Made by a program: the position numbers and the translations under genes. The notes beneath the pieces were generated by a model that ran no database searches, was not told the origin of the DNA, and saw nothing but the letters and a program-made list of their open reading frames with translations. From Methanobacteriota archaeon (GTDB taxonomy: Archaea; Thermoplasmatota; Poseidoniia; Poseidoniales; Poseidoniaceae): a stretch of 64,000 nt of DNA. Positions 51,186 through 61,759 of this stretch are shown in pieces. Location of the stretch: positions 3,876 to 67,875 of the forward strand of contig JABJMO010000064.1 in the NCBI GenBank assembly GCA_018659375.1, in the 5' to 3' direction. The first letter of the stretch is position 1, and each line of letters begins with the position of its first letter.

Positions 51186-51536
51186 TTACCATGCTCCGTG
51201 CACATAGGATTTGCCGTTATCTGGATCTTGATTATTAGCCAATGCCCATATTCGCTCAAAGCGATAAATACCACTTGAGCATCCGTTTTTCCATTCAAAA
51301 CCTAAGGCGTATTTCCCCACCGGGCGCACCTGAGGTTTCTCTGGTGCAAAGGCTTCTACTTGCCTTCTGAGTGTTTTGCTATTGGCATCATCATTACGCA
51401 GTGGTGCACATTTTGCGCAAGGACAAGAGTGTCTCAAATCATCATAAGTTACCGTAAATTCGCCACCATCAAAGTAAGTCAATTTCATATCAGTATCACG
51501 TCTTTCAAGCCGTGTTAAATTTGGAACATCTGGCAT
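51186..51536 (-). CDS. DUF971 (GBBH N-terminal-like) Cys-rich protein
   Basis: LRHSCPCAKC, PVGKYAL...W..G..SGIY. Confidence 0.85.
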   Translation of the reverse strand: MPDVPNLTRLERRDTDMKLTYFDGGEFTVTYDDLRHSCPCAKCAPLRNDDANSKTLRRQVEAFAPEKPQVRPVGKYALGFEWKNGCSSGIYRFERIWALANNQDPDNGKSYVHGAW

Positions 51537-51545
51537 TATCCCACC

Positions 51546-52553
51546 TCAGATAATTTCCAGTCCTTGACTTTTTGATGACCCGATTTGAGATTTTATCGCT
51601 TCCACTACCTTGGCAAACGCAATTGCTGAAGCCCCTTCAGGTTCGCTAACAATGCGATGCACTCCATCATCTCCACCTCTAACGAAACCTGGATCAAAAG
51701 GTAATGCACCCAAAAATGGTACGCCAAACTCTTCAGCGGTTGATTTCCCGCCGCCCTGTTTGAAGATATCCAATGTCACATTGAAATTACCATCTGAGTC
51801 AGCTGTAGTTTTGTGCTTTTTACCACCTGGGCCAGCTATTTCAATATCATTACCGGGCGACGTTTTTCCAGATATAGTGTAGCCACTCATGTTCTCAACA
51901 ACACCCAAAACTGGAACTTTCAATGATTCAGAGAAGGTAATCGATTTACGACTATCTAGTAGTGCGACATCTTGAGGTGTTGTGACAATAACCATACCGT
52001 CAATATCAGGTAATGATTGCGCTACTGTAAGTGGTTCATCAGAGGTACCAGGGGGAAAATCGATGACTAGATAGTCTAGTTCACCCCACTCAACATCACC
52101 AATAAATTGGTTAATAGCACCCAGTTTTATCGGCCCTCGCCAAACTACAGGTGTGTCTTCATCTTCTAGTAAGAAAGCCATCGATATGACCTTAACTCCA
52201 AGGTGGCCTTGAGCCGGATGTATTCTGCCTTGTTCAACATGCAATCTCTTGCGGTCAAGTCCCATCATCTTTGGTACATTCGGGCCCGTGATGTCAATAT
52301 CTAATATGCCCACAGAGTGCCCTTCTTGCGCTAGTGAAAGTGCTAAGCCTGTTGCAACAGTTGATTTACCGACGCCGCCTTTCCCAGATAAAACCATCAC
52401 TTTGTGTTTGATTTTTCTGCCAATTTCTTGCATTGACATTTTACGCTTCATGTTAGCATAAGCACTTTCCATTTGCTTCTGTTGTTGCGGTGAAGCATCG
52501 TCTGATGGTGCAGCAGGGTTTGGGTTGTGTGTAGATACCGGTGAATCGGCCAT
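51546..52553 (-). CDS. mrp: Mrp/ApbC/NBP35-family P-loop ATPase, lacking CxxC
   Basis: SGKGGVGKST, DIDITGP, VVWRGP, DFPPGTSDE, VTTPQ, VENMSG. Confidence 0.9.
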   Translation of the reverse strand: MADSPVSTHNPNPAAPSDDASPQQQKQMESAYANMKRKMSMQEIGRKIKHKVMVLSGKGGVGKSTVATGLALSLAQEGHSVGILDIDITGPNVPKMMGLDRKRLHVEQGRIHPAQGHLGVKVISMAFLLEDEDTPVVWRGPIKLGAINQFIGDVEWGELDYLVIDFPPGTSDEPLTVAQSLPDIDGMVIVTTPQDVALLDSRKSITFSESLKVPVLGVVENMSGYTISGKTSPGNDIEIAGPGGKKHKTTADSDGNFNVTLDIFKQGGGKSTAEEFGVPFLGALPFDPGFVRGGDDGVHRIVSEPEGASAIAFAKVVEAIKSQIGSSKSQGLEII

Positions 52554-52573
52554 GGTATTAACAAATAATAGTC

Positions 52574-52942
52574 CTACTTCAACCCATAGGTACGGTCAAA
52601 GAAAATTTTCTTTATGGTGTAATGAATAATTAGAGTTATCACCGGAAATAGTACCATGCTTATCGAAGTTGACATCCCGCCGTATGCCCAACCTAAACCA
52701 ATGGACAGGGGGCAAGAAACAATCATTCCAATATAGTAAACAGAGGAATATCGTACCTTTGATTTCTCGAGATAAACTAGACATAATCCACAAAAAAATA
52801 CCATCGCACTAAGAGTGAGGGCGACAAGGCGAAATAAAATTTCTAGGTCAGCCGCTGCAAAAATGATGTGTAGAACAAAAAGCAGGGCAAAAATCACACC
52901 ATAGATGAAAATACTTTGCAAGTCTCGCCAAGTATTGCTCAT
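52574..52942 (-). CDS. Small hypothetical membrane protein (4 TM)
   Basis: Hydrophobic ORF; start set at MSNTW to avoid overlap with arsC. Confidence 0.6.
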   Translation of the reverse strand: MSNTWRDLQSIFIYGVIFALLFVLHIIFAAADLEILFRLVALTLSAMVFFCGLCLVYLEKSKVRYSSVYYIGMIVSCPLSIGLGWAYGGMSTSISMVLFPVITLIIHYTIKKIFFDRTYGLK

Positions 52943-53028
52943 ATGCAATTCTAGATTATTCATCCTTGTTAACTGTGGCATTATTCTACTTAGAAATAAA
53001 TTAAATATCATCAAGTTGACAACAACAC

Positions 53029-53385
53029 ATGCGTATCTTATTTGTTTGCGTTGGGAATTCTTGCCGCTCTCAAATGGCTGAAGGCATTGCAATATCACTT
53101 GGACATAAAGCAGAGTCTGCAGGGACCAACCCTGCTAAAGCTGTATCTAAGCATGCCATAACAGTCTTACAAAACCGAGGTATTGATACCACAAAGCTAA
53201 ACCCAAAAAGTCTAGATAATTTTAATGTTGATGAATTTGACAAAGTAATTTCTATGGGATGTGGAGTCCATTGCCCTATGATTAAGATTGATGAGGATTG
53301 GGAATTGGAAGATCCTATTGGACAACAATTTGAGGTTTTTGAGCAAACTGCAAATGAAATTGAAAGAAAAATTAGACTATTGTAA
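53029..53385 (+). CDS. arsC: Arsenate reductase / LMW protein-tyrosine-phosphatase family
   Basis: CVGNSCRSQMAE, SAGT, MGCG..CP, DW.L.DP. Confidence 0.85.
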   Translation: MRILFVCVGNSCRSQMAEGIAISLGHKAESAGTNPAKAVSKHAITVLQNRGIDTTKLNPKSLDNFNVDEFDKVISMGCGVHCPMIKIDEDWELEDPIGQQFEVFEQTANEIERKIRLL

Positions 53386-53388
53386 TAG

Positions 53389-53712
53389 TTATTCTTCTTC
53401 TTGGGCAGGAACATCGCCATGTCCATCTAACTCAATTCTAAGAACGCTAACAGTTCTATCTCGACCTTCGTCTGTAGGAATGACTTCGCTTTCACAAGTT
53501 AATTCTCCGATAACAACTTTTTCTGGCAGCCCCTGAGCGATGATTCCATTGCGTCTTCGACAAATTTCTGCAACATCGACTGCTCGACCAATCGTTGCGC
53601 CTCTGGCAACCAGTTCCAAGTTGCGATCTCCTGATTCCATTGCCATAACAACTGCTCTTACGTACGCGTGTAATGGCTTTTTTCCGATGAAAATAGTTCG
53701 TCTCTCTGTCAT
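53389..53712 (-). CDS. albA: Alba DNA/RNA-binding chromatin protein
   Basis: IFIGKKPL..YV, ARG..I.RAVDVAE, R.VS.L.I.L. Confidence 0.9.
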   Translation of the reverse strand: MTERRTIFIGKKPLHAYVRAVVMAMESGDRNLELVARGATIGRAVDVAEICRRRNGIIAQGLPEKVVIGELTCESEVIPTDEGRDRTVSVLRIELDGHGDVPAQEEE

Positions 53713-53772
53713 GTTCAACCCTATCCTTCTATACACGTTCAACGGTTAAATGTTACTTTTGCTGAGTTGGTT

Positions 53773-53781
53773 AAAAAAAAA
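53773..53781 (-). terminator. Oligo(T) tract directly after tRNA CCA (archaeal-type terminator)
   Basis: A9 on the + strand immediately 3' of the tRNA. Confidence 0.55.
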
Positions 53782-53856
53782 TGGTGCGAGCGCCGGGACT
53801 CGAACCCGGGTTCAAGCGTTGGCAACGCTCGGTGATAACCACTACACTACGCTCGC
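53782..53856 (-). tRNA. tRNA-Gly(GCC), intronless, CCA encoded
   Basis: GCGAGCG acceptor stem; anticodon arm GAGCG-TTGCCAA-CGCTT; T arm CCGGG-TTCGAGT-CCCGG; ACCA 3' end. Confidence 0.97.
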
Positions 53857-53908
53857 AGAGGTAATCCTCCGACCAAACAGAGGTATAAACCGTTATCGGA
53901 AAGCAGTA

Positions 53909-56900
53909 TTATTCAAATCCAAATCTATCATTGATGTAATCCTTGTCTTTACCTCTTCTCATCAAGACAAAAACAGCAATTCCTGCGACCAGTGTGAAAG
54001 CGATCAATATGCCAACTAAGACTGACACGGATAATTGCTCACTATCAAGACTAGGGATTATTCCTGATTCTTCTTCAACTGTTACCGAGATAGGCATCAC
54101 TACAGTTGCTACATCAAAATTATCGATTGCTTGGACTAATATGTCATGAGTACCAATCGGTGTGCTGGTTCTTAATGAAATCTGGACTGTGAATATCCCA
54201 TCATTGGGAATCCTATCGCCATTAATACCATTATCATTCATCTGTACCCAGTTATTTTGTTGTTCAATTGGTGAAAAGACCCCAAGGTTTGCTCTAGCAT
54301 TGGAAATGCCGTCTTGGTCCGTGATTTGAAGTTCAAATATTTCGGTAGTGGAGGAATCAGGGCGAGAATATTTGACGGTCCCCAAAGATATGATTTCAGG
54401 CGCAGAATTCTCAACGAATATTTCGATTGGAATTTTCTCATCATCTGGAATGAAATGAGGCCCATACTGACTCTCTGAGTCTCGATCTCCATTCAACCAT
54501 GTTGACGAAATACCTACCTTGCCTAAATTATCAATAGTAATAATTTTCAAAGACTGTATTCCGGGTGACATACCGTTTGGAATTACCATCATAGCACTCC
54601 AAACTTGCCCGGTATAATTCATGGATATCATTTCACCACCATAGTCACGCACGTCGATATCTACGCTTGCAACCCCATGACCATCATAAGCCATCAGATT
54701 AACCACCATACTGGTGCCTCGAGGTCCTTGGTTCGGTAAAATTTCAACTGAAGTTAGCCTTGGTGCTTGATTTATGACTGCAATATCTTTACTAAAGATG
54801 GTCGTTACATCAAAAGAATCTTCTGCCGATATAGTGATTGAGATATTTCCTACTTGAAGCCCCGGCACTATTATCCTGGTAGTATATTTATCATCACCAA
54901 TTGCCGTATCACCATCTAATCCACGGTCATTCATTACCACAATGCCTCCTCCAATTGGAGTAAGGTCAACGGTAACCTGCTCAAGATTCCAGTCAATATC
55001 TGAAACATCAGCAACTAAAGTTGCTACACTTCCGCCTTCCGATATTACTAGACCTTCAAACAAATAGAGGTCAGAAATTACCGGTGCCGAATTTTCTTCT
55101 GCAGTAACAACTGCTGGAGATAACACTCTAGTGAGTAATTGTGACTCGGTGAAGTTAGCGATGTTATCATCCTCGCCAAATGGAATTTCTAACACTCTGG
55201 TAACGCTTGAAATCAAACCTTTCAATGGACCTTCATCAATGATTGAACCAAAAGCCGTCCCTGTTTCTTCACCATTATACTCACCGGTCCATGAAACAAC
55301 ATGGAAATTATGCCCATCTCTAGGGTCGTTAGCATTACTGCCTGCTGTAACGGTTAAGAATAAACCCTCTTGACCTGCCAATCTTAGTTCATCACCGGTA
55401 ATCATCGGTATCGGCATCAAGCCGGTTTCCCTGCTCACTGTGAGATTGCCAAGAGCCTCTTCTAGTTCAGGAGCTTCTGCCTCTTGTTGAATCGGGCTTC
55501 GCTCAGGATACTCTTCACCACTTGATGAATCAGCACCTGTCTCTTCCCAAACAAACCGGACTGTACGGTTATCCCAGTCTGAATATATCACTTGGTAATC
55601 CCACGTTTGATTATGAGTAGCACCGATACCAGCCCCGTCGAAGAAATTTCCACCATTAATCCCTGTCAGATTAAACCAAGATTCCTCATGAATTACATTC
55701 ACTGGAAACTTAGTGCCAGTTGCGTTTGCTTGGGTTCCAGTTAACTCAATACCTCTTACGACACCAAATGTCCCTTGTACGTCCCCGGTGATGTCACCGT
55801 CGATGTGTATATCATCAGTGATGGTAATTCCTTGTTCTGTTAGAGTATGAAAATCGTAAATGGTTCCATTAATGATGATTGAGGATTCATTATCACTTTC
55901 TGCAAAACCAAAGGTACCTGAACCTACTAATTCTTCAGATTGATAGGTTCTAACTCCATCAATCCATTGTTCCCCTGAACTAAATGTTTCTATATCGATG
56001 TCTAAGCGCGCCCCGTCATCGATTACCACCATTTCAGCAATTGCTTCAAACCTTTGATCGTACAGTTTACGAACCCCATTTTCATCCCAGGTTTCAAGGT
56101 AAAATACCCCAATATCACCATCAATATTCGTTGAAGAGTCCTCACCTTCATCAGATGATATATTCAATTCTCCATTGGCGTCAATTTTTAATCGCTCAGA
56201 AACGACTTCATTAATCAAAGAACGATTTAATTCCGCATTAACCACATCGACAAGAATTGTGGTGGTAATATTATCTTCATTAGTAATCGAAAGCAGTTGC
56301 CCACTACCAATCGCTTCAAAGATTTGCGCATTCAAGATACCGCTTTCAATCGTCTCATTTTTCCAGATTGAATTGAGTACTAATGAAAGGTTGGTACTAT
56401 CATTGCCAGTTGATTCTAAAAATGATATATTACCTTCTCCCAGTTCCCAAGAATTTACTAAATCACCCGTCCGTTCTTGCCAACCCTGCCCAGCGAAGTC
56501 TAGGTAAAATCCCTGTTCGCCTTGGTCATTGAGATAGGATTGGTCAAGCATCCAGGTTGTCTGCAACATTATTTCATGGTCGTCCATTGGTTGATTCCAA
56601 GTCCCAACCTCAAACTGTCTTGTTGTAACTAGAGGTTCGATAAGTTCTTGACCGTCATAATCGGTAATCGACACAGATATTAAAATTGAATCTGACCATT
56701 CCAGCGAGGTATTTAATTGCAAATCTAGGATTCTGAAATTATCAATTATGTCCCATGATTGAAATGTCTCTACTTCAAGTGAAACTCCTTGCCTTTCGTG
56801 GTTTACTGTTAGATCAACTTGATATGATTTATCGTCAGCAAAAGTGATGCGATAAGAGTTAACATTCTCGCCAAATTGATCTGGTAGCCATCTTGTGTTA

Positions 56901-57004
56901 ATCTCTGGCTGAGTTGGTGTATTATCTGCGGTTACGATGGGCATTAACATACATGATAGCATCATCAGAAAAACCGCCCACATACCCCCACTCTTTTTTG
57001 CCAT
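53909..57004 (-). CDS. Large secreted, C-terminally membrane-anchored acidic protein with two choice-of-anchor-X-like motifs
   Basis: Signal peptide; MNDRGLDGDTAIGDDKYT and MNDNGINGDRIPNDGIFT; N.AP Ig-like repeats; C-terminal TM plus RRGK. Confidence 0.8.
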   Translation of the reverse strand: MAKKSGGMWAVFLMMLSCMLMPIVTADNTPTQPEINTRWLPDQFGENVNSYRITFADDKSYQVDLTVNHERQGVSLEVETFQSWDIIDNFRILDLQLNTSLEWSDSILISVSITDYDGQELIEPLVTTRQFEVGTWNQPMDDHEIMLQTTWMLDQSYLNDQGEQGFYLDFAGQGWQERTGDLVNSWELGEGNISFLESTGNDSTNLSLVLNSIWKNETIESGILNAQIFEAIGSGQLLSITNEDNITTTILVDVVNAELNRSLINEVVSERLKIDANGELNISSDEGEDSSTNIDGDIGVFYLETWDENGVRKLYDQRFEAIAEMVVIDDGARLDIDIETFSSGEQWIDGVRTYQSEELVGSGTFGFAESDNESSIIINGTIYDFHTLTEQGITITDDIHIDGDITGDVQGTFGVVRGIELTGTQANATGTKFPVNVIHEESWFNLTGINGGNFFDGAGIGATHNQTWDYQVIYSDWDNRTVRFVWEETGADSSSGEEYPERSPIQQEAEAPELEEALGNLTVSRETGLMPIPMITGDELRLAGQEGLFLTVTAGSNANDPRDGHNFHVVSWTGEYNGEETGTAFGSIIDEGPLKGLISSVTRVLEIPFGEDDNIANFTESQLLTRVLSPAVVTAEENSAPVISDLYLFEGLVISEGGSVATLVADVSDIDWNLEQVTVDLTPIGGGIVVMNDRGLDGDTAIGDDKYTTRIIVPGLQVGNISITISAEDSFDVTTIFSKDIAVINQAPRLTSVEILPNQGPRGTSMVVNLMAYDGHGVASVDIDVRDYGGEMISMNYTGQVWSAMMVIPNGMSPGIQSLKIITIDNLGKVGISSTWLNGDRDSESQYGPHFIPDDEKIPIEIFVENSAPEIISLGTVKYSRPDSSTTEIFELQITDQDGISNARANLGVFSPIEQQNNWVQMNDNGINGDRIPNDGIFTVQISLRTSTPIGTHDILVQAIDNFDVATVVMPISVTVEEESGIIPSLDSEQLSVSVLVGILIAFTLVAGIAVFVLMRRGKDKDYINDRFGFE

Positions 57005-57180
57005 GTGATAATTTAAAGCCTACTCCCTTTCAATACTTGTGGGTCAATGTTCCTTTAACATGGAAAAATAAACCCATTATTGAAAATCTAAACATACCCA
57101 AAATTAGTTCATTTGCCGTCCATTCAGTGCGCATGGTTGATGAAGGATTGACCCTTCCGTTAAATGCAGGAGAGGTTTAT

Positions 57181-59190
57181 TTGGCCCTAATCAACGTAAC
57201 ATTACCCGATGGAACCGTCAATGAATATGCTGCTGGGGTTACCTGCTCAGAAGTAATAACCGACGCAATTGGAAGAAAAAATGGTTGCGTAGCAGCCCTA
57301 GTCAATGGTACGGAAAAAGACATGTCGTTTTCCATAGAAGAGTCTTGCTCAATCGAGGGGATTAAAGCAGAATCTGATGCCGGAATGTACATACTAAAAC
57401 ATAGTACTGCTCACCTACTAGCGCAAGCTGTTGTGGAGCTGTATCCAGATGCTAAACCAACTATTGGGCCCCCTGTTGATAGAGGATTTTACTATGATTT
57501 TGCCATGGAACCAATTACGGAAAGCGACTTAAAGCCTATCCAGAAAAAAATGCAAGAATTGGCAAGAAGAAACTTGGCTATTGAAAGAATTGAATTAGAT
57601 GACAAGGAATTACAAGAACACTTCCAAGACAACCCATATAAAATTGAAATTATCAATGATAAAATTGGTGAAGGGATTGGTTCAACTATTTACAAACAAG
57701 GTGATTGGTATGACCTTTGTCTTGGGCCGCATGTGCCTAATACTGCAAAATTGATGTTTTGTAAACTAACTAGTGTTTCTTCTGCATATTGGCGGGGAGA
57801 CCAAGAACGAGAGCAATTAGTCAGAATTTATGGCATAGTAGAGCCAACAAAAGAAGCGCTCAAAGAAACAGTGCGTCGAATGGAAGAAGCCAAGAAACGT
57901 GACCATCGTAAGTTAGGCCGAGATTTGCAATTATTCCATATCGATGAAGAAGTTGGCCAAGGCCTAATCCTTTGGACACCACGTGGTGCAACAATTAGAC
58001 AAGAATTACAGAATTTTATTGGCTCACATCTACAACGACAAGGATACTCTCAAGTGTTTACTCCACACATTGGTAAGTTAGACCTATACCGTACTTCAGG
58101 CCACTTCCCGTATTATCAAGATTCACAATACCCGCCTCTTGTAGAGAAAGATTTGATGAAGAAATTATCCGATGAAGGTTGCTCGTGTTCGGAATTATCT
58201 AATCTAATGAAGTCTGGAGAAATCGACGGCTACATGCTCAAGCCAATGAATTGCCCTCATCATGTCAAAATATATTCGTCTCAAGCACGTTCCTATCGAG
58301 ACCTGCCAATTCGTTTGGCCGAATTTGGTACGGTTTACCGCTGGGAACAGTCTGGTGAAATATCTGGAATGACAAGAGTTAGAGGTTTTACCCAAGATGA
58401 CGCACATTTATTCGTTACAGAAGAACAAATTGCTCAAGAAGTTCTTGGGTGTATTGAATTAGTGCAAATTATTTTTGGCATACTTGGCATGAGTGATTAT
58501 CGAATAAGAGTTGGACTTAGAGATCCTGATTCTACCAAATACGTCGGTGATCCAAATCGTTGGGATAAAGCTGAAGATGCTTGCCGTAACGCAGCTAAAT
58601 CACTTGGTGTGGAATGGTCAGAATAAGAGGGTGAAGCAGCATTTTATGGTCCTAAAATTGACTTTGTAGTTAAGGATGTAATCGGTAGAGAATGGCAACT
58701 TGGAACGGTACAAGTTGACTATAATCTACCTGAAAGGTTTGAGTTGACTTACAAAGGTTCTGACGGTCAGTTACATCGGCCAGTCATGATTCACCGCGCA
58801 CCATTTGGCTCAATGGAGCGGTTTTGTGGAGTGTTGATTGAACATTTTGCCGGCCGATTTCCGACGTGGTTATCTCCAACACAATGCCACATTCTAACTA
58901 TCTCGCAAAAGCACACCCAATATGCCCAAACTGTGGCTAATGCACTTAAAGAGCAGGGTGTGAGAGTTGAAATCGATGATGGAGATGACACAATTGGTAA
59001 GAAAATTCGCACTCACAGAAAACTTCACCCCGCCTATATGGTGATTTTAGGAGATGGTGAAGCTGAAAGCAATACTGTCAGCCTTAGGGCTAGAAGTGGT
59101 GAACAAATTGCTGATTTACCACTAGAGGATTTTATCAATAATTTATGCGAGGAAATATCGCAAAAAACGGCTCAGCCAAGTTTAGTTTAA
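57181..59190 (+). CDS. thrS: Threonyl-tRNA synthetase (bacterial type), interrupted by in-frame TAA at 58624-58626
   Basis: HSTAHLLAQA, DLC.GPH, RDHRKLG, KPMNCP, RVRGFTQDDAH; the same frame resumes after the stop with EGEAAFYGPKIDF...HRAPFGSMERF. TTG start after GGAGAGG. Confidence 0.93.
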
Positions 59191-59242
59191 CCAAGGAGGT
59201 TTAATTATCTCAGCACCACCAATTATTGATGAATTAAGTTTA

Positions 59243-61759
59243 GTGGCTTTGATTCCATTTTTCTTTGCCGCAATTACGGCTTACTTATTTTGGAATAGTG
59301 TAGTCCCTAGACAATTAAGAGGGCTACAGGTTGCATTTCAAACTGGCGAGAAAAGATATGAAGTTCACAATGTGACAAAATCGGCTGATGATGCAAGAAA
59401 TCTATTACAGAGCAAAGGTATGAGATTTGGCGTAACTACCTATCTTTTTGCTCTAACAGGGGTGTTAATTTTAGTCTTTGAATTCCTAATGGCTAAGTAT
59501 GAATTTTCTGATGGCTACCATGCGCCCTCGATAATTATTGCATTGTTATTTATCGCCATTCCTGCGATAATTTCCAGTGGTTCATCACTTGGGGCCCAGG
59601 TTGTCAAACCGCTTGGAGATGGAAAAGCAACCCTGCAAAAATCTGATATTTGGCGAAATTATTCGTACGTAGTTCTAACCATAGCATGGATGATATTTGT
59701 TGCCATAATCGCCGTGGTTTTGAGTTCTCAAAGTATAGCATCGCCTAGAGTATTCAGTATCTGCGCCTTTGTAGCATTCTCTCCAGCAATTTTGGCCTAC
59801 GGTAGAGTCCTTGGGTCATCTTGGCAAGCCTTGAAACAGTCATCTCAAAAAATTGCTAGAGGGCAATCCTCACCATTTCACAACCACAAACCGAATGCAA
59901 AGCAACAGGCAATCGCTCAAATTGTCAACATCAACTTAGCAGTAATGCCGTTTGTGGCAATAAATACTATCATCTCAATTATGGCTTTAGCAATTGATCC
60001 AAACCTGTTTACTCATTCTGATAGAGTGTTAGAATTACCCGAATATACCGAACAGTCTTCGGTTATGGAAGAAGGAGGAATCCTTGGGTTTGGACTAATC
60101 GAATTATTTTCATTCATTCCCGCTGAGGGAATTAGGGTTCCAATGGTAAATATGGTGTTACTGTTTTTATTGCTCAACGTTGCCTTAGTAGGGTTTCTTT
60201 TCGTCTATGAAGTCGCCCGGATTTTATTCTTAGATGTCCAAGATGTATCTGGAAAAGGTGGAATTAAACTAGCTGATAGTCGACTACTCAGAGCGGAAAG
60301 AAGTCAACAAGCCAAAGTATTGAATTTCTGTTTTACTGGTTTTGCTGGTCAATCTATGCTGCTTTTAGCCCTAGCAATGATCACATTTTGGGATTCTAGT
60401 TTCCTACCGCAAGGCGATGCATGTGGTTCATGGGAAAACAATCTCTGTGCAATATTACAAAAAGATGCTCTGGAAGAATTGACTTGGATGTTGGCATCTG
60501 GTGGACAGGTTGCATTCGTCGTAATATGGGCACGTTCTAGGAGTATTGGTTTAAGATTAGAAGATATTTCATTTGATGCCTCAATGGGTGAAAATCGAGC
60601 TAGAATGGCGCAATTGGAAGATGTCATTTACCTCAAGCAAAAAGCCATCAGAAAACTAGTGACTGATGACTCATGGGATAAAGCATTAAGACGGATAGAT
60701 GCTGTATTAGAAGGCCATGGCGAACAATTAGAAGGCCTGGATTTAGTCAGAAAAACCGACGCAATGATGGAGATTTATGCTGCGATGGGAAGATGGGATG
60801 ATGCAGAAAATGACGCAGTCTCGATGTTAGCACTAAGAGGTGGACGGGAGGCTCAGATTGCGCGCTTGGTACTGGTTGCCGCAAGCCTCAGCCAGCGTGA
60901 TTATGCTGAAGCCAAGCCAAGGCTGGAGCTATTACCAGACGACGATATAGAAGCTGCTAGATTGCAATGGTTTGCTTCCGTTTTACAACCTAAAAAACGT
61001 AAATTAAACCAAAAACTATCGGCCTTACTATCTGTTGATCCATTGACCAAAAGAAATGCGGATTTGATTAGAAGGTTCCACAACTCAATACCAAATACTG
61101 AACTAAGATATCGAGATAATTCGGCCGACCGTATGATTTTACTCGGCGATATGGCTAGAATGAGACTTAATCAACAATATGAACAAGCCCTCAACATACT
61201 AGAAAAGTACATCAAAACGAATAATCTAACTGATTGGGTTCATGGTAATGTAGTGTGTGCACTACTTCACCTAGATGAAGGAAGAGTAAATACGGCAGTA
61301 AGAATAGCACATGACCTTGCTAAACAACAACCTAGGCATCCACATTTGAGAAGTTTATTGAGGCACTTAGCATCATTAGGTGAAACTATTTCTGCAAGTA
61401 GTGAGACCACTGGCATTGAATGGTTAAGAGATTCTGGACTAGATTGGGTCCACGGGTGGCCAATGAAACATACTGTAGCGCCAGCTCCTGCAATGGTTAC
61501 CAAAGAATTACAAAAACACTCTTGGAAAGCGAACGGATGGATTGCTTTTGGTAATGACGGAATCTTTGCTAGCGCTAAAAATAAATCTTCAAATGGTTGG
61601 AAATTACTCTCGAATAAAAAAATGGAAACTGATTTTCCTCCGTGTATTTACACGCACATGACTGGAGTAATAGTTACAATTGGAGGGATGCCAGTTGACC
61701 TTGGTTTGCCTGGTGACATTAATTATCCTGCAATAGAAAATGCAGGATTACTAATCTAG
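59243..61759 (+). CDS. Hypothetical polytopic membrane protein with C-terminal TPR-like helical domain
   Basis: About 9 TM segments followed by Ala/Leu-rich helical repeats. Confidence 0.7.
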   Translation: MALIPFFFAAITAYLFWNSVVPRQLRGLQVAFQTGEKRYEVHNVTKSADDARNLLQSKGMRFGVTTYLFALTGVLILVFEFLMAKYEFSDGYHAPSIIIALLFIAIPAIISSGSSLGAQVVKPLGDGKATLQKSDIWRNYSYVVLTIAWMIFVAIIAVVLSSQSIASPRVFSICAFVAFSPAILAYGRVLGSSWQALKQSSQKIARGQSSPFHNHKPNAKQQAIAQIVNINLAVMPFVAINTIISIMALAIDPNLFTHSDRVLELPEYTEQSSVMEEGGILGFGLIELFSFIPAEGIRVPMVNMVLLFLLLNVALVGFLFVYEVARILFLDVQDVSGKGGIKLADSRLLRAERSQQAKVLNFCFTGFAGQSMLLLALAMITFWDSSFLPQGDACGSWENNLCAILQKDALEELTWMLASGGQVAFVVIWARSRSIGLRLEDISFDASMGENRARMAQLEDVIYLKQKAIRKLVTDDSWDKALRRIDAVLEGHGEQLEGLDLVRKTDAMMEIYAAMGRWDDAENDAVSMLALRGGREAQIARLVLVAASLSQRDYAEAKPRLELLPDDDIEAARLQWFASVLQPKKRKLNQKLSALLSVDPLTKRNADLIRRFHNSIPNTELRYRDNSADRMILLGDMARMRLNQQYEQALNILEKYIKTNNLTDWVHGNVVCALLHLDEGRVNTAVRIAHDLAKQQPRHPHLRSLLRHLASLGETISASSETTGIEWLRDSGLDWVHGWPMKHTVAPAPAMVTKELQKHSWKANGWIAFGNDGIFASAKNKSSNGWKLLSNKKMETDFPPCIYTHMTGVIVTIGGMPVDLGLPGDINYPAIENAGLLI

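Noticed and set aside
53782-57004. Integrated element at tRNA-Gly
   Set aside because: No integrase, no duplicated tRNA 3' end seen, and the flanking genes look like host genes.
58624-58626. Genetic code reassignment or Sec/Pyl recoding, given the SelB-like gene
   Set aside because: The stop is TAA, not TGA or TAG; TAA ends many genes normally here; the SelB-like protein lacks a GTPase P-loop and such proteins occur in non-Sec archaea.
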